A stretch of 14,611 nt of DNA from Candidatus Sumerlaeaceae bacterium (lineage in GTDB: Bacteria; Sumerlaeota; Sumerlaeia; Sumerlaeales; Sumerlaeaceae): assembly GCA_051003195.1 (NCBI GenBank), contig JBPCLP010000014.1:1-14611 (forward strand), written 5' to 3'. The notes below the pieces were generated by a model. The model had not been told where the DNA came from and did no database searches. It saw only the letters and a list, made by a program, of their open reading frames with translations. The position numbers were made by a program, and so were the translations under genes. The first letter of the stretch is position 1, and the number at the start of each line of letters is the position of its first letter. This document shows, in pieces, positions 6,780 through 14,611 of the stretch.

Positions 6780-7661
6780 ATGCGGAAAACGCTTTCCTTT
6801 ATTGTTCTCTTTGCAGTGGCCGGAACACAGAGCGCCAGCGCAACCTGCTCCGGTTGTTCAACTCTTGAGCCCCAGCCAACCCTCGCCAACGGCGACTGCG
6901 CCAACAGCAGCTATAACTGTAAGGTTTATCCACGCTACGTGTGCGACACGACGCGCCTGATGAACCGCACGAATTGCACGATTGATTTTCTAACCAATCC
7001 CGGCACGTGGTCGCTGATGAACTCGGTCGGCCAGGTACTTGGTACGTTCACAGGCGGCTCAGGTCGAACCATCAACGTCAACTGCGGCATCCGTGCCGTG
7101 AGCACCAACCTCGGCATGCTGCTGTCTTTTTCTACCTGGACCAACGGAGGGACGTTTTCGGGCTGGCTGAACACACAAGCTGTCGCGGAAAGCACGACCG
7201 GAAACTATGACACCGTTCCCGCGAATCCGGGCGGCGATGTCAGCACCTGGCATTTGAAAGCGTCTGATAATTCGATTTACCTCGACGGCGCAGGCAACTC
7301 GTTTACCGTAACCGGACCTGCCGGCTGCAGCAGTGGCGAGCTTGCCCTTCATTACCTGACGCGCAACGGTAATAATACGATGATTTACAACCTGCCGGGT
7401 ACCGGTTACGGGTCAGGCACGGAGGGCATCCGCCCGGCGGCTGGCGCGTACAATTTCTACCGCTATACCTCAGTCACGAGTGTGGACCGTGCTCTGTATA
7501 ATTGCAATATTGGCGCATACTCGTCACGCGTCCTCAAGTTTCTCTATGGCCGCATGTGGGAAAAGCAAATTGCCCGGGATGGCAGCATCGTCATCATGAG
7601 CCGCCGCGGCTGGTCGGCAATTGACTGCCTGATCGCGGGTGCGGGTGCGAGCGACTACTGA
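6780..7661 (+). CDS. Secreted cysteine-rich hypothetical protein, paralog A
   Basis: ATG at 6780 behind GAAAGG (the ORF track starts at 6639). Signal peptide MRKTLSFIVLFAVAGTQSASA. 293 aa, 10 Cys. Colinear with the next gene along its whole length. Confidence 0.85.
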   Translation: MRKTLSFIVLFAVAGTQSASATCSGCSTLEPQPTLANGDCANSSYNCKVYPRYVCDTTRLMNRTNCTIDFLTNPGTWSLMNSVGQVLGTFTGGSGRTINVNCGIRAVSTNLGMLLSFSTWTNGGTFSGWLNTQAVAESTTGNYDTVPANPGGDVSTWHLKASDNSIYLDGAGNSFTVTGPAGCSSGELALHYLTRNGNNTMIYNLPGTGYGSGTEGIRPAAGAYNFYRYTSVTSVDRALYNCNIGAYSSRVLKFLYGRMWEKQIARDGSIVIMSRRGWSAIDCLIAGAGASDY

Positions 7662-7796
7662 GTCGCGATTGCTCGTTAGGCGCCGGGACTGGCGCATTGT
7701 AATGCCAGCCCCGGCTTCCACCTCCACCATGGGCATGGCAGATGTATGCCAGGCCGATACCAACAACGGCGGTCTTTGCTGAAGAAAGGATCAATC

Positions 7797-8681
7797 ATGC
7801 AAAAATTTCTCCTGGCCATTCCGGTTGTGCTGCTTGCCAGCTCCGGTTTTTCTCAATGCTGCACAACTCTCGACCCAACGCCCACGTTATCCAATGGCGG
7901 CTGCGCATCCAGCAGTTATAACTGCAAGCCGTACCCGAAGTATGCCTGCGATGGTCCGCGCCTCAAGAACCGCGCCACCACGAATTGTTTTAGCGAATGG
8001 TTTAATACCAACACTGGCACGTGGGCACTGTACAACTCAGTTGGCAAGGTCCTCGGAACTTTTCTGGGTGGCGCCGGGCACGTTAATAATGTTCGCGTGC
8101 AGACGGGCGTGCGGGCTGTTGACACCAATCTCGGAATGTTGATGGCGTGGAGCGTGGCCACCAATAACGGAACGTTCACGGGCTGGCTAAACACGCAAGC
8201 CATGGCTCAGAGCACCAGCGGCAACTATGATACCCAGCCAAATTACCCGGGCGGCGACGTAAGCCTGTGGCACATGGTCGTTTCCGATAATTCGATTTAC
8301 CTGGATGGCAATGGCGACTCCTTCAAGGTAAACACCGACTGCGACACCGCGGGCGAGAACGCGACCGATTACCTGACCCGATCCAATGGACTGAACAACA
8401 TGATCTATAATCTGCCTGGAAACGGATATGGGTCCGTAACCGTTGGCAATCGGCTGGGGGCGACTCCATATAATTTCTACCGCTACACGGCCGTCACCAG
8501 TGTGGATCGAGCTCTATGGAACTGCCGGACATCGTCGTACTCCTCGCGCGTCCTCAAGTTTCTCTTTGGCCGCATGTGGGAAAAGCAAATTGCCCGAGAC
8601 GGCAGCAGCGTCATCATGAGCCGCCGCGGCTGGGTGGCCATTGATTGCCTGGACCCCGGCGTTGGAACGCAGGACTACTAA
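7797..8681 (+). CDS. Secreted cysteine-rich hypothetical protein, paralog B
   Basis: ATG at 7797 behind GAAAGGA (the ORF track starts at 7746). Signal peptide MQKFLLAIPVVLLASSGFS. 294 aa, 9 Cys. Shares GWLNTQA, SDNSIYLDG, MIYNLPG, YNFYRYT and GRMWEKQIARDGS with paralog A. Confidence 0.85.
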   Translation: MQKFLLAIPVVLLASSGFSQCCTTLDPTPTLSNGGCASSSYNCKPYPKYACDGPRLKNRATTNCFSEWFNTNTGTWALYNSVGKVLGTFLGGAGHVNNVRVQTGVRAVDTNLGMLMAWSVATNNGTFTGWLNTQAMAQSTSGNYDTQPNYPGGDVSLWHMVVSDNSIYLDGNGDSFKVNTDCDTAGENATDYLTRSNGLNNMIYNLPGNGYGSVTVGNRLGATPYNFYRYTAVTSVDRALWNCRTSSYSSRVLKFLFGRMWEKQIARDGSSVIMSRRGWVAIDCLDPGVGTQDY

Positions 8682-8920
8682 AACGGCTTAGGAATTCCAG
8701 GACAACCAGGGACGCCAGGTGACAAATGACGGGACATCCGTGATAAGGATTCATGGGTTGGAGAAGGGAGTTCTTCGCGCGGCGTAGATGTGACATTTGC
8801 TCCGATCTGTAAGTTCCGATTTGCTCGACCTTGGCGCGCTTTTTGTCCTTCTGGAATACGGGGGCCCGTTGACGTGTTCACCAATTAATTTGCTCGCGTC
8901 AGCGATACTTTGCGACAAGA

Positions 8921-10321
8921 TCAGTTACGGGAACGGGTATGGCTCCTGCCATGCTTTGATCCCGGCGCCAAAATATGCACACGATACTTAGAGCTGCTGA
9001 GTCCATCGAGCATCATGGTAACAACCGTTGCGGACATCCCCAGGTTCGAAACGCCAAGCGGTTTGCCGGTGTCGGGATGATAGCGCTCGTTAATGCCGTA
9101 CGCGATAGCGTTGCGAATAGTTCGGTCGCAGATAACCGCGGCCAGATCGTGATATCCATATTTAGCCAGGCCGCATGCAACCTGGTAGTTTGTCGGCGGC
9201 CATACGTCGCCACGCCAGAACTCTCCACTGAAAAGCGGACTGGTTCGGTTCACGGTTGGGATAGGAAGAGTCGTCAGCCAATCCGACGATCTAAGCATTT
9301 GCGCCATTTGTTTCGCCTGTTTTTTCGTCGGCACTTCCGCGAGAAGCGGTAACCAGCTTCCTATGGTTTGAATACGAACCTTCTCCAGCGTGTCCCGACG
9401 CACGGCCAGGTAGGTTCCGCTGGTTTCGTCCCACATGTAACGCTGCATAGCCGCAGCAGACTTTTTACAGCGGGCACGCCTTCTTTGAGCCATTTCTGTA
9501 TCGCCGACAAGCTCTGCCATACGCGCAAGACTCTGTTCGCCGATAATCAGGTATGCCGTGATTCCTGGAATGCATATATCTCCATACCAGTTGCCGTTTT
9601 CAGTGCCGGGACTCCTGGAAGAATTCGGGGTGAGCTTCAGGTCATCTAGATTGCATTCCAGGTCAAATGTCTCAAAACGCGCGTGCTGTATTACGCCACT
9701 GTAGGAACCGACCGCAACGAGACCCGAGCTCGTAATGTCACGTTCTCGCCAGTACCATTCATGAAACTTCTCCAAAGCGCTGATGTTCTGCCTCACGAGT
9801 TCCACGTCATGGTTATGCTCGTAAACCCGCTCAAGACCCCATGCGAGTATCGGAATCTGCGAGTACGCCGGATACTCGAGCCACTTCGCACTGCCGGGCT
9901 CAATCATGCAGGGAATCATGCCGTGCGCATAAGGCGGTTTCGCAGCGTCCCAGCGCTTCTGCGCATCACGATAATTGGCAAACACCCCACGCAGAACGTC
10001 GCGCTGCGATGGAATAACAGCCAGAAGATCCATGACAAAAGTCGTATCCCAGATCCACTGGCCCCGGTAAACTCCGCCCGGGCTTATCCATGCATGCCGG
10101 AAGGGATCTTCCGGGGGAAACACTTTGCCAAGAACGCATTGCTGGTATGCCTGCACGGTCAGCTTCCAGGTCGCATCGTTGTTTGCCCGGAGCAATGGAC
10201 GAAGCACTGCTTCAGCCTGGGCAATGGTTACCGTGGATTCATTTATTGTAGCGGGCATTGCCACGGTGGCGTTTAGTGCGAACATCAGTACCGACGCCGC
10301 GGATGATATTAGAAAGTGCAT
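8921..10321 (-). CDS. Secreted (alpha/alpha)6 glycoside hydrolase, GH63/MGH1-like (trehalase-like clan)
   Basis: 466 aa with a signal-like N-terminus. YRGQWIWDTTF, SQIPILAW, MWDETSGTY, FWRGDVWPPTNY and INERYHPDTGKPLG motifs are typical of GH63/MGH1-like enzymes. Confidence 0.8.
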   Translation of the reverse strand: MHFLISSAASVLMFALNATVAMPATINESTVTIAQAEAVLRPLLRANNDATWKLTVQAYQQCVLGKVFPPEDPFRHAWISPGGVYRGQWIWDTTFVMDLLAVIPSQRDVLRGVFANYRDAQKRWDAAKPPYAHGMIPCMIEPGSAKWLEYPAYSQIPILAWGLERVYEHNHDVELVRQNISALEKFHEWYWRERDITSSGLVAVGSYSGVIQHARFETFDLECNLDDLKLTPNSSRSPGTENGNWYGDICIPGITAYLIIGEQSLARMAELVGDTEMAQRRRARCKKSAAAMQRYMWDETSGTYLAVRRDTLEKVRIQTIGSWLPLLAEVPTKKQAKQMAQMLRSSDWLTTLPIPTVNRTSPLFSGEFWRGDVWPPTNYQVACGLAKYGYHDLAAVICDRTIRNAIAYGINERYHPDTGKPLGVSNLGMSATVVTMMLDGLSSSKYRVHILAPGSKHGRSHTRSRN

Positions 10322-10690
10322 GTCCGCCGGCCGCTCTTAATTAAGACCATTCCATAGATAATGGCCTTTTGGATTGAGTGCCTGCAAACAAAAATCCCGC
10401 CAATTCGCCGAACTTATCGGGGCGACAGCACGCAACGCCGCCAGTGCGTACGCGTTTTGGATTTGTCGTGGCGAGGTTGGCTGACGTTTTTCCAATTGTC
10501 AGGCCCCTTCCCTTCGAGCTTTACTTTTAACCAGCAACGCTAAATGCGCAATGACTCAGCCAACGATATTATGCTAAATGTTTAACTTGGTGGCATTCAT
10601 GGACGTTCCCGAATTTCTGATCTTGATTTGATAAATGCGTGCGGATGAGGACGTTGTTTGTAAACCGCTGCGGCGGAAAGAGGTAGACGA

Positions 10691-13066
10691 TTGCGCAAGC
10701 TTATTCAGGAAGATCCATTCGCGAAGCAGTCTCGTGGCTGGGTTGAACGCGGTAACTGGCCGGCCCAATGGATCGACTACGACCAGTCACCCCCCAGGGA
10801 ATCCAGACTAACCTTGTATCGCCTGCCATTCGAACTGAAGGAGCCGGCGACGGTTATCATTCATGTTTCTGCTGATAACAGGTACCGGCTGTACCTGGAT
10901 GGCGAGCATGTGGGACGGGGTCCGGAAAGGGGAATGCCTGACTACTGGCATTTTGAAACATGGCAACTTGAACTTAAGGCAGGCCAGCATAGCCTGTGCG
11001 CTATGTGCTGGTGGCTGGCGGGGGATCACGCTCCGGCTGCCCAGATGTCAATCCGCCCGGGCTTTGTGGTGGCTGCCGAAGAACCTTTGAATGCCTTGAT
11101 TTCAACCGGCATTGCCGCATGGCAATGCGCGGTCGCGCCGGGACTCGACTTTATTGCCCCCCGAATTGCCCCCGCCTGGACCGGTGCACGTGTACGCGTA
11201 AACGCCGCGCAGTACCCGTGGGGATGGCAAACGGGTGAAGGCCTGCAATGGAAAAAACCCGTAAATATCTGCACCGCTCAGGCGGCCGGGTGGACTTTCG
11301 AGACGCAACCCGTGTGGCAACTGGCCCCCGCATTGCTCCCTCCGATGATGGAACAACCTTTTCCCGGCACACGCGTGCGCTATGTGGCGGATGGATGGGG
11401 CAGTTACCCGGTTAAAAGCACCTTACACCTGGATTCAGAAGCCCAGGCCTGGGACAAAATGCTCAAGAACAACGGCAACCTGGATATACCGCCACACACC
11501 AAACGGACAGTTATATTGGAAACCGCGAATTACGTTTGTGCCTACCCCGTGGTCTGTGTGTCAGGAGGCAAGGGTGCGCGATTCCGGATGTGGTGGGCGG
11601 AAGCCCTGTTTGAACAACCTGAGGCACGCACCAAGGGGCTCCGCAACGTGGTGGAGGGTAAATACTTCATTGGAGAAGGTGACGAGTTTCTTCCGGACGG
11701 CAGCGCCAGACGCACCTTCACGACACTGTGGTGGGAACTTGGGCGGTATGTGGAGGTGCTGGTGGAAACTGCTGACCAGGCAATCAGCATTCACTCGGTC
11801 CGGTTCGATGAAACCAGGTATCCGCTGGAGATTAAAGGCAGTTTTGAATCTTCCGAAAAGAACCTGAATCTTGTGACTCCGGTTGCGATACGGTCCCTGC
11901 TGATGTCGTCCCATGAGAACTACTCCGATGGGCCGTATTATGAACAGATCATGTATATTGGTGACACTCGTCTCGAGTCACTGGTAACATATGTCGTGAG
12001 CGGAGACGGGCGTCTTGCGCGCAAAGCACTTCTCGTTTTCGACCGCTCCAGAATGCCCTCCGGCCTTACCCAGTCCCGTTATCCATGCAGAATACGCCAG
12101 GTTATTCCGCCCTTTTCGTTGTGGTATGTCACCATGGCACATGACTATTTCATGTGGCAGAACGATCCTGAATTCGTCCGCAGAATCCTGCCTGGACTTC
12201 GCGCCATTACAGATGCCTTTCGTGGTTTTATGCACAGCGATGGTCTGGTGCATTCCCCTGAGGGCTGGAATTTTGTCGACTGGGTTCCAGACTGGACCAA
12301 CTATGGAATGCCCAGCGGCGCTGATACCGGGGCGAGCAGCATTATCAACCTCCAGTTTGTTCTGGCGCTTCAGGCCAAAGCCCAGATCGAGGAGTATTTC
12401 AAGGAACCCCTGCTCGCAAAACGGGACCGTGAAACCGCCTCTGCGCTTTTTGACGCAATCCTCCAGCATTTCCAGGGGTCAGATTGCATGCTGGCCGATG
12501 ATCTGGAACATGAACACCATTCCGAACATGCGCAGTGCCTTGCTATTCTTACCGGGCTGATGTCCATTCAGAAGCAGGAGGAGATTGCCGATTGCCTTTT
12601 AACCGCCGTGCACCTGCCGCGCACCACCGTTTACTTCTCCCATTACCTTTTCGAAGCACTTCGGCTATTGGGTCGTGTCGACAAAATCCTGGATCGGATG
12701 TCATTGTGGTACAAGTTTACGGATCAGGGTTTTTTAACGACGCCAGAACAGCCGGAGCCTACACGGTCCGATTGCCACGGCTGGGGGGCGCATCCGATCT
12801 ACCATTTCCATGCAACGTTTGCCGGAATACGTCCGGCCGAGCCCTTCTTCCGCTCTGTGGAAATCGCGCCGCTGCCCGGGACTCTGACTTCCATCCGGTG
12901 TGAAACGGCTCATCCCGACGGCATGATCAGCCTGCGCCTGGACCGAACCGCTGACACGATTGCCGTAGCCGCGACCCTCCCGCCCGGCCTTACCGGGAGT
13001 TTTCACTGGAATAAAAAATCATACGCGCTGCGACCAGGTATAAATAATCTCACCGTATCTGCGTGA
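10691..13066 (+). CDS. Alpha-L-rhamnosidase family protein (GH78)
   Basis: 791 aa from a TTG start behind GAGG. HVSADNRYRLYLDG N-terminal domain, SDGPYYEQIMYIGDTRLE catalytic-acid region, FVDW, TTPEQPEPTRSDCHGWG base region and C-terminal HPDGMI beta domain. No signal peptide evident. Confidence 0.9.
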   Translation: MRKLIQEDPFAKQSRGWVERGNWPAQWIDYDQSPPRESRLTLYRLPFELKEPATVIIHVSADNRYRLYLDGEHVGRGPERGMPDYWHFETWQLELKAGQHSLCAMCWWLAGDHAPAAQMSIRPGFVVAAEEPLNALISTGIAAWQCAVAPGLDFIAPRIAPAWTGARVRVNAAQYPWGWQTGEGLQWKKPVNICTAQAAGWTFETQPVWQLAPALLPPMMEQPFPGTRVRYVADGWGSYPVKSTLHLDSEAQAWDKMLKNNGNLDIPPHTKRTVILETANYVCAYPVVCVSGGKGARFRMWWAEALFEQPEARTKGLRNVVEGKYFIGEGDEFLPDGSARRTFTTLWWELGRYVEVLVETADQAISIHSVRFDETRYPLEIKGSFESSEKNLNLVTPVAIRSLLMSSHENYSDGPYYEQIMYIGDTRLESLVTYVVSGDGRLARKALLVFDRSRMPSGLTQSRYPCRIRQVIPPFSLWYVTMAHDYFMWQNDPEFVRRILPGLRAITDAFRGFMHSDGLVHSPEGWNFVDWVPDWTNYGMPSGADTGASSIINLQFVLALQAKAQIEEYFKEPLLAKRDRETASALFDAILQHFQGSDCMLADDLEHEHHSEHAQCLAILTGLMSIQKQEEIADCLLTAVHLPRTTVYFSHYLFEALRLLGRVDKILDRMSLWYKFTDQGFLTTPEQPEPTRSDCHGWGAHPIYHFHATFAGIRPAEPFFRSVEIAPLPGTLTSIRCETAHPDGMISLRLDRTADTIAVAATLPPGLTGSFHWNKKSYALRPGINNLTVSA

Positions 13067-13166
13067 GTAGATTAACGAAGCGGAAACAATTCGGCAGCTC
13101 CGGGAATAATTTCCGAACTCATAGAGACCTCTCTTCGGCCGGTAAAAAGCGGGAATTCTGGACAAG

Positions 13167-13280
13167 CCACCATCGCGCCAGATCGCACCACTCGTCTGAT
13201 CTTTCCACCCTCGCGCCTGATCGCACTACACGCCTGATTGTTCCACCATCGCGCCAGATCGCACCACGCGTCTGATCCAT
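13167..13280. repeat. Non-coding tandem repeat, 3 x 38 bp
   Basis: Units at 13167-13204, 13205-13242 and 13243-13280. Unit 1 (CCACCATCGCGCCAGATCGCACCACTCGTCTGATCTTT) matches unit 3 at 35/38 and unit 2 at 31/38. Confidence 0.9.
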
Positions 13281-13480
13281 CCAAATCCGGCCTAACGACC
13301 ACGCACGCGACAAAAAAACGTACGCCGCCCTGGGAGTGCGTCACCGCGTGCCGCACCGTACAACCCGGGCATTTCCTTTTACGCATCCCTGCGAGTTTAA
13401 ATCCCGTGTCGGAACAGTTCCGCAGCTGCCCCCAGAACTCGAGTCCATTCGTTGCACTGTTTTAAAACGGCGGGCGAGCC

Positions 13481-13517
13481 TCAATCAAAACTAATCAAAG
13501 CTAATCAAAGATAATCA
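13481..13517. repeat. 10-bp tandem repeat (about 3.7 copies) abutting the IS30 end
   Basis: TCAATCAAAA CTAATCAAAG CTAATCAAAG ATAATCA, immediately followed by the IS inverted repeat. Confidence 0.8.
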
Positions 13518-13547
13518 GGCGGATTGCCAACCGAAGTGCAACGGGCG
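13517..13547 (+). repeat. IS30 terminal inverted repeat (transposase 3' side)
   Basis: AGGCGGATTGCCAACCGAAGTGCAACGGGCG is the exact reverse complement of 14581-14611. Similarity extends through GGGGGGCTT with a 2-nt indel. Confidence 0.92.
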
Positions 13548-13556
13548 CGGGGGGCT

Positions 13557-14504
13557 TCATGATGAGCTAAATACTTCTGCGGGAGTTCGCCAGTTCAGGC
13601 ACTTGCGAGGCCGGTTGTTGATGGCGTCGATGTAGAGGTCGAGTTGTTTTTGTGTAATTTCGTACAGCTGTGTTCCTTTGGGCAGGTATTGGCGTAGCAG
13701 CCCGTTGGTGTTCTCAACCGTGGGGCGTTGCCAGGGGCTGTGCGGCTGGGCGAAATAGACCTTTAGTCGTTGCATTTTTTTCTCCAGCAAAGCAAAGCCG
13801 GCGAACTCCAGGCCGTTGTCGAAGGTCACGGTTTTGCGCTGTCGCTTGCGCAGTGGTTTGAGGGCGCTCAGGCAAATGCCAGCCACGGTTGGGGCGCTGC
13901 GATCAGTCGCTGGAATCTTGGCGCCGATGTAGAAGCGGCTGGCGCGATCGGCAAAGACGGCGATGGCAGGTCGGCCTGGACCGACGCATACGCAATCGCC
14001 CTCCCAGTGGCCAACGTGCTTGCGCTCAGTCGCCTCGGGCGGGCGTTGCTCAATGCCAACCCGGCCAATGATCAGGCTCTTTTTTGAGCGTTTTCTGCGA
14101 GGTAGGGGCCAGCGGCGCAAGGGGCTTGGCGGCAACTGGCCAATCAGTTGTGCGGCGGCGCGGTAGAGCGTACGCGTCGACAGCTGACGTGTGCCGCTCT
14201 CGAGCCGGTGCCGGTTGGCAATCTGCTCGGGGCTCAGGCCGCGCTGCAGCCCCTCGACAATATAGCTGCGCAACTGCTCGTTAAGCAGCACTTTCATCGG
14301 CCGTGGCTTTCGTCGCCGAGCTGCCCTTTGATGCGCCCTGTCGGCACGATATAAACAGCCTGAGTTGCGGTTGCGAGCCAACTCACGACTGATGGTACTT
14401 TTATGGCGATGCAACTGGCGGGCAATTTCGCCGAGGCGAAGCCCCTGGCTCACAAAAAAGTTGATGCGACGGCGTTCTTCCAAGGTAAGCTGACAATAAG
14501 CCAA
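13557..14504 (-). CDS. IS30-family DDE transposase
   Basis: 315 aa. N-terminal HTH YCQLTLEER..IARQLHRHKSTISRELARN, SPEQIA, and DDE triad in HWEGDCV, TFDNGLEF and ENTNGLLRQYLPK. C-terminal INNRPRKCLNWRTPAEVF. TTG start behind AGGAG. Confidence 0.96.
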   Translation of the reverse strand: MAYCQLTLEERRRINFFVSQGLRLGEIARQLHRHKSTISRELARNRNSGCLYRADRAHQRAARRRKPRPMKVLLNEQLRSYIVEGLQRGLSPEQIANRHRLESGTRQLSTRTLYRAAAQLIGQLPPSPLRRWPLPRRKRSKKSLIIGRVGIEQRPPEATERKHVGHWEGDCVCVGPGRPAIAVFADRASRFYIGAKIPATDRSAPTVAGICLSALKPLRKRQRKTVTFDNGLEFAGFALLEKKMQRLKVYFAQPHSPWQRPTVENTNGLLRQYLPKGTQLYEITQKQLDLYIDAINNRPRKCLNWRTPAEVFSSS

Positions 14505-14566
14505 CGTGAGTACACTCCTGCACTAAGGGTTTTCGCAGATCTGAACTGCTGGACCCTCACGTTGGC
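14500..14566 (-). promoter_or_regulatory. Internal inverted repeat able to sequester the transposase start codon
   Basis: GCCAACGTGAG (14500-14510) and CTCACGTTGGC (14556-14566) are perfect 11-bp complements. The first arm contains the TTG start (14502-14504). Confidence 0.6.
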
Positions 14567-14580
14567 CCTTTCAAGCCCCC

Positions 14581-14611
14581 CGCCCGTTGCACTTCGGTTG
14601 GCAATCCGCCT
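14581..14611 (-). repeat. IS30 terminal inverted repeat (transposase 5' side)
   Basis: CGCCCGTTGCACTTCGGTTGGCAATCCGCCT, a perfect 31-bp match to the other end. Confidence 0.92.

Larger units (their letters stand above)
13517..14611 (-). mobile_element. IS30-family insertion sequence, about 1.1 kb, apparently complete
   Basis: Perfect 31-bp terminal inverted repeats (13517-13547 and 14581-14611) around one IS30 transposase. The true tips may be 13518/14610 (GGCGG...). Target duplication cannot be checked because the window ends. Confidence 0.93.

Noticed and set aside
7527..8633. 87-bp near-identical pair as the template/variable repeats of a diversity-generating retroelement
   Set aside because: Mismatches are not adenine-specific, both copies are coding, and no reverse transcriptase is present.
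8697..8736. Short CCAGG(N)GAC quasi-repeats downstream of paralog B
   Set aside because: Three or four irregular 9-11 bp units; too degenerate to assign a function.
9683..10276. Long antisense or alternate-frame ORFs (e.g. 9683-10276, 2027-2590, 11978-12469, 12015-12560)
   Set aside because: They overlap well-supported genes, lack motifs, and are expected shadows in GC-rich coding DNA.
10598..10670. GGACGTTCCC and TGTAAACCGCT as LacI-family operators in the divergent GH promoter region
   Set aside because: Only half-site similarity, not palindromic, and no regulator gene in the window.
13167..13280. 38-bp repeats as a CRISPR array
   Set aside because: Units are directly adjacent with no spacers, and there are no cas genes.
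13450..13458. CGTTGCACT matches the IS30 inverted-repeat core, suggesting a remnant IS end
   Set aside because: Only 9 bp match; the flanking sequence does not resemble the IR.

Overview
Accessory-looking bacterial region, probably from a PVC-adjacent candidate lineage (the pseudopilin-like gene carries motifs typical of Ca. Sumerlaeota/BRC1-type GspG-like proteins; inference only). Left to right: a REP-associated Y1/HUH tyrosine transposase (RAYT) bracketed by 28/29-bp inverted REP-type repeats; a translationally coupled pair encoding a Tat-exported, divergent Fe/Mn-SOD-fold protein with an apparent second degenerate SOD module and a GspG/pilin-like protein lacking the prepilin cleavage site; a small membrane protein; a DUF6933-like protein followed by a 23-24 bp-spaced ACGCGT array; a secreted right-handed beta-helix protein; a small membrane-anchored hypothetical; two tandem paralogous Cys-rich secreted proteins of no family I recognise, sharing an 87-bp near-identical tract; divergently transcribed GH63/MGH1-like and GH78 glycoside hydrolases; a 3 x 38-bp tandem repeat; and a complete IS30-family element ending at the window edge. 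No rRNA, tRNA or CRISPR array was seen. The best candidates for undescribed biology are the SOD-like/pseudopilin-like operon, the tandem Cys-rich secreted paralogs and the RAYT repeat architecture.
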